64,000 nt of DNA, taken from Giardia intestinalis. Its lineage: Eukaryota. Positions within the stretch are counted from its first letter, which is position 1; every line of letters starts with the position of its first letter. Positions 25,411 to 33,445 of this stretch are shown one piece after another. The position numbers and the translations under genes were made by a program. The DNA is taken from NCBI GenBank assembly GCA_000002435.2, contig CM018793.1. The stretch is one strand, 5' to 3'. A model generated the notes under the pieces. The model did not search any database, was not told the origin of the DNA, and saw only the letters and a program-made list of their open reading frames with translations.

Positions 25411-26886
25411 TTGACCCTGAATACCATGTTTACAATGGACAAGGGGCTATCGGGAAATGCTATCATGACGGAAACTGCAGGTGCATTAGGCAATATTTTC
25501 TCTGACAACCACCAGCTTGCCAGAGATAGATATAATCTGCTCGAGGCCCTGCTCAGGGACATCCTTCTCCTCGCAGAAACCTTCGCGCTCACACGCGGAG
25601 GCTCTTATATATCGGTCAGAGACCTGGTCGATGCCTACAAGGTCGTGAGGCGTCCTTTTTCCCCCGTCGCAGCCCGCCTCTACACTCGAGATGTATTCTT
25701 AACGTCGACAGACCAAAGTTACATAAGTGTGTCTGACTCGTCAGCAAAGTTCTTTTCCCCACCAAAGCTTTCTATCGACACGTTCTATTCGTTCTATAAA
25801 GGCCGACAACCTCTTATACCTCAGAATCCACCGATAGCAGACATAATCAGCACATATGGTCAGTTCACTGATGGGGCAGGTGCATCGAAAGAGGCCACCG
25901 AAGAAGGACCCTCTCACAATGTGAGGCAGTCTAACCAAGAAGGCGTATCGTTAGTCCCCACTATTACCCCAGAGCTTTCGTTTTTGGTTAAGGAGGTCTT
26001 GTACCATGCAGAAAACAGTACTAATGATAACAAGTCATACATGCTACGGCGAATATCAAATGCACAGTTTGAGAAAGTGTCCAATGCCTTGCCCCAACAT
26101 TTGATACTTCTCATCGAAAGCTCCTATGAACAAGGGGACCTCACCAAGCTGCTATCTAACCTCAAAGTCCTGCTGACGCTGATTCTTCCCTATGGAACGC
26201 ACTTCATTTCTTATCTTAATATCCTCATACCGCTCATGATCAAACTGTCCGCTGTTAACAATTTGACAAGCGACTTGAACGTGAGCCCATCAGACACCGA
26301 CTTTAGTGCCGTCCTAAGCGCATGCGAAATGTTTGAACCGTCAGATATTGCCAAGTTGAAGGCACTTGCATTGAATGCACAGACAACAGAATCTAGCTCG
26401 GAAAAAAGCAAACTAAATCCCGGTGTTTTGTCAGCACACAAGCGTAGCATCATGATCCGACAACTATCTGCATCTATCCTCAGTCACCTAGCAATGCTTG
26501 CACTAACATTTGACCCCCACATTAACGAGAAGATAGGGTCTGTTCTTATCAACACATTCATTAAGAATTCTCATGGCATCTGCTCTTGGGGGCTTATCAG
26601 CGCACTCACAGCTGTTTCAAGTAACAACTGCATCGGATTATTTATGGACAAGCTCCTCTCTTGCTCTGAAAGGGACACGCTCGTTGAGATCTTGAGGAAG
26701 CCATCTTTACAATACAGTGTGCTGGGTCTTGACGGAGGCTGGACCCTTTTGAAAGAAAGCGTACGCTCAAGGATAGAGACAATTCAGGACCTCACCGGGG
26801 GCGAGTTTGTAGACGGCACTGTTAAGCTTTTTAAGATCCCTCTCAGTGCGCTTGTCGATTTTCTAGGCCCCGATCTCCTATCATAA
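25411..26886 (+). CDS. hypothetical protein with N-terminal histone-fold-like segment and helical-repeat C-terminus (TAF6-like?)
   Basis: The N-terminus 'IMTETAGALGNIF...YNLLEALLRDILLLAETFALTRGGSYISVRDLVDAYKVV' has the helix-loop-helix pattern of TAF-type histone folds (compare TAF6 'VVAESMGI...[29 protein letters not shown]'). The remaining ~350 aa are Leu-rich helical repeats. The track start is a non-ATG codon. The first ATG gives MFTMDKG. Confidence 0.45.
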   Translation: MTLNTMFTMDKGLSGNAIMTETAGALGNIFSDNHQLARDRYNLLEALLRDILLLAETFALTRGGSYISVRDLVDAYKVVRRPFSPVAARLYTRDVFLTSTDQSYISVSDSSAKFFSPPKLSIDTFYSFYKGRQPLIPQNPPIADIISTYGQFTDGAGASKEATEEGPSHNVRQSNQEGVSLVPTITPELSFLVKEVLYHAENSTNDNKSYMLRRISNAQFEKVSNALPQHLILLIESSYEQGDLTKLLSNLKVLLTLILPYGTHFISYLNILIPLMIKLSAVNNLTSDLNVSPSDTDFSAVLSACEMFEPSDIAKLKALALNAQTTESSSEKSKLNPGVLSAHKRSIMIRQLSASILSHLAMLALTFDPHINEKIGSVLINTFIKNSHGICSWGLISALTAVSSNNCIGLFMDKLLSCSERDTLVEILRKPSLQYSVLGLDGGWTLLKESVRSRIETIQDLTGGEFVDGTVKLFKIPLSALVDFLGPDLLS

Positions 26887-27303
26887 GTCATGCATCTTGG
26901 TTTATTGCTGGATCCTGTCAACTTGGCTGGCCTCCCCGATAGTTTCACAATCGTAATGTAATCCCTCAAATAATGCCGTGGGAACATGACAGGTTATTAC
27001 CGCGGCACTCTTCTCCATGGCTATCTTGCAGATCTTTGGCTTTTCGAGCGATAAAGATGGCAAGTTGATATCTACAAACTTTTTGGCTGCTCCAAGGATG
27101 TAATTGTAGGCGTGCGTCATAGTTTCTGGTCGTGGATCGCCCGTGCTTTGGGTTTTTCCGGGTGAAGGCATTTTGGATAGGATCACTGACTTTTCTCGCG
27201 AAGGATGTAATGCGAAATTCTCATCTACCCTGATGGGACGCCTCAGTATCTGGAGTGGGCCTGTCCCCTTCCTCTTTTCAACAGAGGTAGTACTGCTTAA
27301 AAA

Positions 27304-27774
27304 ATGAATAGACCTATCTACCCCACTACCATTCAATACTTCAACACCATCTCTGTGACTGGGCGAAGAAGCACTACGCTTACTTCGGAGTCGCCAGCTC
27401 GCATTCTTCTTGCCGGGCAGGTCCGTAAAATTTCTGAAGACAGGACTACTATTACCCTTTATGACGGTACAGGGTCTGTCGCCCTCAGCATTCATGGTGG
27501 CGAGACCTTCCCTTTTAGCCAAAGTGATATCGCCCGTGTGCATCTCCTCATGCCGACCAACACTACTACAAGCCCCAAAATCTTGTTCTATGAAAAGCTT
27601 CCGAACGCCGAAGCCCTTCTTGTTCATTTTCTATCTGCTATGAACGCACTCCGCCTTACCGATGACAGAACCAGGGGCGATGGTGTGGGTGACGGTCAAG
27701 GGCTTCCCGTTGTCAAGGATGCTGGAGACGATTTTTTGAATAACTTTGAAGGTGGGCAGGCTGTGTTCTATTAG
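27304..27774 (+). CDS. small OB-fold protein, RPA3/Ten1-like (156 aa)
   Basis: The core 'ARILLAGQVRKISEDRTTITLYDGTGSVALSIHGG' is the classic OB-fold beta1-beta3 pattern of RPA14/Ten1/Stn1-type ssDNA-binding subunits: a hydrophobic strand, G-x-V, a 'fixed' segment, then 'tGxv-l'. A C-terminal helix follows. It overlaps the 5' end of the 26902..27627 minus ORF, which I reject in its long form. Confidence 0.35.
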   Translation: MNRPIYPTTIQYFNTISVTGRRSTTLTSESPARILLAGQVRKISEDRTTITLYDGTGSVALSIHGGETFPFSQSDIARVHLLMPTNTTTSPKILFYEKLPNAEALLVHFLSAMNALRLTDDRTRGDGVGDGQGLPVVKDAGDDFLNNFEGGQAVFY

Positions 27775-27820
27775 TAGGGCTCGACTGTTCTCCGCTAGAC
27801 TTGATTCACTCAGTAAATTC

Positions 27821-30097
27821 TTATTTAGAGTTTTGCCTATCAAATGATTGAAGCTCCTCCCACATGCTTGCAATCTCCGTAGCATAGCGCTTCGCAAAGA
27901 AGCGATGCTGCTTCTTCATAGACGGGGTCATGAGCTCCTGGTCCGTGCTCCAGTCAATGTCAAAGAGCCACCTGAAACACTTGGGGACACAGTAGCCTTT
28001 CAAGCCTGCACGCTTAACGAAGATGTTAGCTTCATTAGCCAGGAGAGACTTAATGGTATCTGTGTGTTCCGGTCTCTCCACATCATCAGTGCTACACTTC
28101 AGACGGTGAGCAAGCGCAGTCTTGTCCAGGACAGCGACGCAAATCGGGAACGACTTGTCACTCTGAGCATGCACGAAGACGCTTGCAAAGAGTGGGCTCT
28201 TCTCCATGGCGTCCTCAACTGCGCATATGTCAATGAATTCGCCCATGAGAGACTTCACAACCATGTTTATGCGGCGGACAAATGTGAGGGAACCGTCATC
28301 GTTGAGCCTCATCAGATCTCCCGTGTGGAAGTAGCCGTCCGCGTCCCGTAGAGGGCTCTCTGGCATCTTGTAGTACTCCTTCGCAATCCCGGGACCTTTC
28401 AAGAGAAGCTCCCCAACGCGGTGAGTCTTCAGCGAGAGCTCGCAGGTGTCGCTCTTGTCAATGAGCTTGGCTTGCATGAACGAAACGAGCTTTCCAGCGG
28501 GACTGTACTCAATTGGATCGTGTGGCAGTACACGTAGACCCACAAGACATGTCTCTGTCAAACCATACCCACATGTAATCCGAGCACCGGTGCAGAGACG
28601 CATGAATCGCCACACCTCCTGGGGGAGAGCAGAGGATCCGCTAACGATGAGCTCGAGGTGGCCCCCGAGGGCGGCTTTAATGTCCTTGAAGACGACGTTG
28701 TCGAGCCAGGGTAGTGTTCCCGTCTTAATCCAGGACCCCTCCGTGTACTCCTTCACCTTGCATGCTAGACAGAAGACAGCCTTCTTGACAAGCGACGCTT
28801 CAACCTTCACCATCACGGCGTTGTAGATCTTCTGGAGCACCCGCGGAACGGCCAGTAGGATCGTCGGCTTGGCCAGCTTGATGTCTGTGGTTAAGTTCTT
28901 TGTGTTACCAGCATAGTATGCTATCTTGCAGCCTCTGATGCTGCAGTAATGCTCGATCTCTCGCTCATAGATATGTCCTAGCGGAAGATAGGAGAGTATT
29001 GTGGTGATTCTACCAGTGATATGACTCAGCCTGTAGGGGAAAAAGGCACGCCCCATGCAGTATCCTCCCAGAATAGTCTTTTGTGTGTGAACAACGCCCT
29101 TCGGATTCCCCGAGGTTCCTGAAGTGTAGAGAATGGTATGGAGATCATCCATAGATAAAGGACAGTCCCCTACGTAGTCCAGCCCCTGTACACTGGAAAG
29201 CTCACAAGACAAAAATAGAAGCTTGTCGGTAGTGGCAGACTTCAAGGTGTCATCGGTACAAGACTGGAGGTCAAGACACTGTAGAAGCTTTTCGAGTACG
29301 GCAGCAACGGCAGTATTCTCCTCACTCACATTCGCCGTCTTCATGCGGAGGTCAGTGTTGTCAGAAAGGTTGCTAGCTGCGTCACCAGTAGAACTGTGGC
29401 TGTCAAGAAGAAAGTGAAAGGTCTTCTTTGCTTTGTAGAACGAATTACTGTTGATTCCCAATTCTGCGTCAGTGAGCTTCTCCACCTCTGCATAGAACTG
29501 TACTGCTTTACGAAGCTGTGAACCCAACTTGATATCCTCCAGAGAAGAAGTGGTCATATCAAGTAAGACAACGCGCTGTAGACTTGGACACGATGGCCAT
29601 ATTCCGAGAACCAGTGGGAGTAGCTCTGTCTGAGTGACCAGAAGGCGAACCTCTGCGTGGTTGATGCAGTACGATGTCTTGGCGGCCCCAAGGGTGTCGT
29701 AGATAGGGACGACCACTGCGCCCACGGCCGTGCACGCGAAGTCGAAAAGCAGCCAGAGGGGGGAGTTGCGTGCAAAGATGCCAACGCGGTCGCCTTTCCC
29801 AATACCAAGCTTTGTCAGGACCTTGGCGAGCTCGGTCACGTAGGAGTCTGCCTCGCCATAGGTCATGTAGGTATACTTATCGGTTACCTCCTTGACGCAC
29901 GTGGCCAGGCCAGCACGATACCCGAGGTAAGGCTCGTTTGGATAGCGTTTCATGGTTGCACGTACATTCTGTAGAATCGTTTTAGTTGTGTCTGTTTCGG
30001 CATCTTCCTGGACCGGCATGTGACTTTTTGTTGTAATAGGACACTCGTAGATGTGATACTCTCCGTTGATCAGTTCCGGCTTGCGGGGCTCACTCAT
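27821..30097 (-). CDS. long-chain fatty acid--CoA ligase (acyl-CoA synthetase, ANL superfamily)
   Basis: AMP-binding signature 'LYTSGTSGNPKGVVHTQKT' (T-S-G-[ST]-[ST]-G-x-P-K-G). Also present: 'GYGLTETC' and 'YFHTGDLMRLNDDGSLTFVRRIN', then the C-terminal 'LKGYCVPKCF' region. 758 aa, typical of eukaryotic ACSL enzymes. Confidence 0.85.
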   Translation of the reverse strand: MSEPRKPELINGEYHIYECPITTKSHMPVQEDAETDTTKTILQNVRATMKRYPNEPYLGYRAGLATCVKEVTDKYTYMTYGEADSYVTELAKVLTKLGIGKGDRVGIFARNSPLWLLFDFACTAVGAVVVPIYDTLGAAKTSYCINHAEVRLLVTQTELLPLVLGIWPSCPSLQRVVLLDMTTSSLEDIKLGSQLRKAVQFYAEVEKLTDAELGINSNSFYKAKKTFHFLLDSHSSTGDAASNLSDNTDLRMKTANVSEENTAVAAVLEKLLQCLDLQSCTDDTLKSATTDKLLFLSCELSSVQGLDYVGDCPLSMDDLHTILYTSGTSGNPKGVVHTQKTILGGYCMGRAFFPYRLSHITGRITTILSYLPLGHIYEREIEHYCSIRGCKIAYYAGNTKNLTTDIKLAKPTILLAVPRVLQKIYNAVMVKVEASLVKKAVFCLACKVKEYTEGSWIKTGTLPWLDNVVFKDIKAALGGHLELIVSGSSALPQEVWRFMRLCTGARITCGYGLTETCLVGLRVLPHDPIEYSPAGKLVSFMQAKLIDKSDTCELSLKTHRVGELLLKGPGIAKEYYKMPESPLRDADGYFHTGDLMRLNDDGSLTFVRRINMVVKSLMGEFIDICAVEDAMEKSPLFASVFVHAQSDKSFPICVAVLDKTALAHRLKCSTDDVERPEHTDTIKSLLANEANIFVKRAGLKGYCVPKCFRWLFDIDWSTDQELMTPSMKKQHRFFAKRYATEIASMWEELQSFDRQNSK

Positions 30098-30135
30098 ATG
30101 ATAGATTTTTTTTTCGCGTAAGGCAAGTATCGTGT

Positions 30136-32403
30136 TTACTTCTTTATCAAGTAGACGATTAAAACGGCCGCAAATGCAAGTGCAACAATAGGAAGCATGC
30201 TTCCTCCTTGAGAAACCTGGGGGGTGGCCGGCTGCTGTGCGACAGGAGCAGCTGGCACAGGAGAGGCAGCTCTGGGGGCTGGGGCAGCGACAACAGAAGG
30301 CTGAGGCTCCACGACAGGTGCGGGTGGCTGGATGGTGACTACCGGCTGAGGAACTGGAGGCGTCGTTATGGGTTGCACAGACTCTGGAAGAGGCTCTTGT
30401 AGAGGAGGTTCATCAACCACAGAGGATGGAGCAGCCGGGAGTACAGGTTCCGGCGCTATGTTATGGACGACAGTAGGCGTAGCCTTCAGAACTGGCTTGG
30501 GGACAGGAGACTCACGCGTGACGGGCTGGTACTCCGGCTCAGGCGAAGCAACTCCATCCAGCTCCTCCTCGTTATAGTCATCGAGACGCTGCTGCTGAAT
30601 AGCCCCTTCCTCATAATGGCGCATAATCTCCAGTTTGTCGTTCTTAATTTCTTCATTAATAGCATCTGCTGTGTTCCCATCAATACATATGCTGTGCGTC
30701 GTGTAACGAGTGGACGAGGCGTGACCTGTGGCGTGGTTGAGCGATAGCTCTGCCGCCTTTTGGCTTTTGCTGGGGTCGAAGACGCTGAAATCGATGCCCT
30801 CCTCTTCCGCGAGTAGAGCCCTGGCTCTTTCAGGGTCAAAGTCATTGCCATAGAGAGGGAGAAGGATGGTTGTGTCCTCGGTGTCCATGTCCTCCTCTAT
30901 TATGGTAATGGTTAGATTTAGTTGATAACCTGTTTCTGCGTTGCCTGTGTGCGAGTACGACTTCACCTTATGACGCTCAGAAGAGTCGGTAAAATGCCAG
31001 TGGTCCTTGGAGTACTCCGAAAAGATGTCTTCATAACGAGGATGGAAAGACCAATACTTTGTGGGAAGATCTGAGTGGATGTACTCTATGCGATCGCGCA
31101 TCAAGAGGACGATGGATCGCTTTGAGCGATCGATCATATAGCGATTTATTGGGTACTGATAGGTCTTATCGATTAAAATAAACCGATCCTTAGGGACGTC
31201 CATAGACCCAAAGGCCCAGAGTCCGGCATTATTCTTATTCTTAGACTTGACTACTATGAGAATGATATAGGTGGTGGAGAATGCCACTGAAACGATCTCC
31301 GTATCCCCACCCTGCAGCTTTTGTGGCAGGTGGATAGCACGCTCCAGCCCGCCCATGTAATATAGATTAACGCACTTCGCGTCTTTTGTTTTTGCCTTGC
31401 TGTTGGTAGCTGTTACAAAGTAGAGCAGGTCTGGCGACGAGTCAAACACAGGGTACGTCCTGGCTTCTGTGGCTATGAAATTTGTCTGCAGAAGGCTGGC
31501 GTTGTCTCGTTCCAGACCAGCAACTCGTGGGCGCTGATGAAGGCTCAAATTGGTTATTGCTGCGGCAGGCCCATTCCCCTCGTAGACGAAGGAGCTATAA
31601 AAATCGAAGTAATCTCTGTACGAATAGCGCTCTATTTTGTTGATAAAGAGGGGACTCGGTGTGATATCACCAAGCTTCAGTTTGTATTCAATCAGTGTGA
31701 AGGGGGCTGCAGAGGAAGAGGAGCTCTTGAATATAGCTCTGAGGATGTTGAAGCTCAGCTGGAACCCAGATGATGTGTTCTCATAAATATTTGAGGTAGT
31801 AGGGTCAACTCCGTGGATCGTGTCGGTATTGTGAGAAGTCAGAGACTCTGGCTCGCTGATGGTAAGGCTCAAGGGGGCACCCTGCACTTGTAGGATGCCC
31901 TGCTTGTCTGCGCGGCTCAGGTTCGTCACGGAAAGAAAGATTCCCTTCTTGGTTGCGTAAGCAAAAACAACAAAGGCTGAGGAAACGGCCAACTTCAGGA
32001 TCTTGCTCTTTGGTTCCAGCGGGATAGGGGAAGAAGCAACAAGCTTCCCATTGGACTCAACCTTAACAACGACGACGCCAGCTGCGTTGCAATAAGCATA
32101 GCGGAAGTCAGTCCTTTCTCCGGGATAGACGACATACTTTGTAATGGGGGCAGCAAACTCCACGGAGTCAAAGCGTTCGCCAGTGACACAGTCACAGCAC
32201 TCCAGCTTCGATCCGCCATTATACACAAGTATAAGGAAAGTGGTGCCTTGAATCATGTGAACCTCCTCGAGATCTCCGACAGTTCCCATCTTGGATACCT
32301 TCTCAAACTCAGACGTGGAGAAGTAGTCACTGTTGTATCGCATGCGTTGCACGCTGACCTCCGCATCCTTTTCCGTAATGTTGAGATAGGTCTTGGGAAT
32401 CAT
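30136..32403 (-). CDS. hypothetical protein with Pro/Val/Gln-rich stalk and single C-terminal TM anchor (755 aa)
   Basis: Large globular N-terminal region. Then ~110 aa of P/V/Q/A-rich low complexity (PVPKPVLKATPTVVHNIAPEPVLPAAPSSVVDEPPLQEPLPESVQPITTPPVPQPVVTIQPPAPVVEPQP...). Then the TM 'MLPIVALAFAAVLIVYLIKK' at the extreme C-terminus. No N-terminal signal peptide is evident. Confidence 0.5.
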   Translation of the reverse strand: MIPKTYLNITEKDAEVSVQRMRYNSDYFSTSEFEKVSKMGTVGDLEEVHMIQGTTFLILVYNGGSKLECCDCVTGERFDSVEFAAPITKYVVYPGERTDFRYAYCNAAGVVVVKVESNGKLVASSPIPLEPKSKILKLAVSSAFVVFAYATKKGIFLSVTNLSRADKQGILQVQGAPLSLTISEPESLTSHNTDTIHGVDPTTSNIYENTSSGFQLSFNILRAIFKSSSSSAAPFTLIEYKLKLGDITPSPLFINKIERYSYRDYFDFYSSFVYEGNGPAAAITNLSLHQRPRVAGLERDNASLLQTNFIATEARTYPVFDSSPDLLYFVTATNSKAKTKDAKCVNLYYMGGLERAIHLPQKLQGGDTEIVSVAFSTTYIILIVVKSKNKNNAGLWAFGSMDVPKDRFILIDKTYQYPINRYMIDRSKRSIVLLMRDRIEYIHSDLPTKYWSFHPRYEDIFSEYSKDHWHFTDSSERHKVKSYSHTGNAETGYQLNLTITIIEEDMDTEDTTILLPLYGNDFDPERARALLAEEEGIDFSVFDPSKSQKAAELSLNHATGHASSTRYTTHSICIDGNTADAINEEIKNDKLEIMRHYEEGAIQQQRLDDYNEEELDGVASPEPEYQPVTRESPVPKPVLKATPTVVHNIAPEPVLPAAPSSVVDEPPLQEPLPESVQPITTPPVPQPVVTIQPPAPVVEPQPSVVAAPAPRAASPVPAAPVAQQPATPQVSQGGSMLPIVALAFAAVLIVYLIKK

Positions 32404-32839
32404 GGATTTTTATTCCGTTTTTGTTCATTCTTCGTTATTCTTCCTTTAAATCTAAAACAGTTTCCAGCTTTTCATTGCTTTTTATCTTGCATAAGAAAGA
32501 GCGCTGCAGCGTAAGCATATGAACTGCGTTGGACAGACACTTGCTCCTTATTTCTGGGGCCACGTGCCGCGGGCGTATCAGCATGCAAATCTGTTCACTT
32601 GTATTCAGCGGCAATGTGGTAGCCCGCATTCTGCCTATGATGCAGAGCTGTCAAGAGCAAAGCACGACATCACGCCTAGTAGCGTTTACTGCTATAGAAT
32701 CATACGCGAGCCCCATGTAAAGCGATCATTGCCACGGTACTTTCTGTACTGTATCGAATCGCCCTTCTGCCTTCGGTCCGGGAGCTTACCAATGTAACAC
32801 CTGATGTGTAATAAAGTCACTGTCTTGGTATCCTATGTC

Positions 32840-33286
32840 CTACATGCCGGTCTTCTTGTTGAATCTCCTCTTTTGAATTAAGCAAGATACACAAAAGGTG
32901 AGCGCGTAAGCAAAAGCCAGAAGCCCGTTGCAGCGCTTGCTTCGCAGCTCTACGAGCGCCAAGACCAGACTGACGCCAGCCACAAGGTTGAGGAGGCCCG
33001 AAACATAGCCCTCCGTGGAATACTGGGTCATCATTCCGCTTGCGATGAACACTTGCTTCGTCTCATTAACTCCAACCCTCTCTATCCCATAGGGTGGAGG
33101 CGTATTGATGAGATTGTAAATTACGCCAGATGTGGAAAACGTATAGGCTATACAGAGCAGAATGTAAAAGTAGAGAGGCCTGATGTGTCTGTAGACACGT
33201 GCCACCAAATTATCACAAAAACTCCAAGCCTTATCAATACGTTTTCGTAGAGTGGTTGTCTGACTCCTCTGAATCCGTTTGGCCAT
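32840..33286 (-). CDS. OSTC: OSTC/DC2-like oligosaccharyltransferase complex subunit (3-TM, 148 aa)
   Basis: Same length and topology as animal OSTC (149 aa). Alignable blocks: 'SGVIYNLINTPPPYG' vs OSTC 'GGIIYDVIVEPPSVG', and 'VFIASGMMTQYSTEGYVSGLLNLVAGVSLVLAL' vs '[33 protein letters not shown]'. Three hydrophobic helices fall at the equivalent positions. Confidence 0.55.
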   Translation of the reverse strand: MAKRIQRSQTTTLRKRIDKAWSFCDNLVARVYRHIRPLYFYILLCIAYTFSTSGVIYNLINTPPPYGIERVGVNETKQVFIASGMMTQYSTEGYVSGLLNLVAGVSLVLALVELRSKRCNGLLAFAYALTFCVSCLIQKRRFNKKTGM

Positions 33287-33445
33287 TTTTAAAAGGGAGT
33301 AGGGGCATGTTTCAAGGACGAAAAGATAGGTTTACTGAGGGCTGGGGCACCACTCTAATCTGCCACAGATGAAGCAGAGTGCAAGTGTTGAGCTCTGCAG
33401 TCCGACCAAGAGGCTGACAGAGAGGGTCACAGTTATGGATAGAGC

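Noticed and set aside
26902-27627. 241-aa minus-strand ORF overlapping the OB-fold ORF
   Set aside because: The long form overlaps the plus-strand OB-fold gene by >300 bp and is featureless there. Only a short C-terminal piece from an internal ATG (27171 or 27120) could be real. I did not list it as a feature for lack of evidence.
30208-30851. Gly/Arg-rich and Ser/Arg-rich short ORFs (30208..30402, 30368..30577, 30463..30747 plus; 30486..30851 minus)
   Set aside because: They sit opposite or out of frame with the Pro/Val-rich stalk region of gene 30136..32403, so they reflect GC-rich codon repeats, not genes.
30136-32403. Considered whether the Pro-rich membrane protein or the Cys-rich ORF could be variant-specific surface proteins (VSPs)
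   Set aside because: VSPs carry many CXXC repeats and a conserved C-terminal TM ending CRGKA. Neither protein has these.
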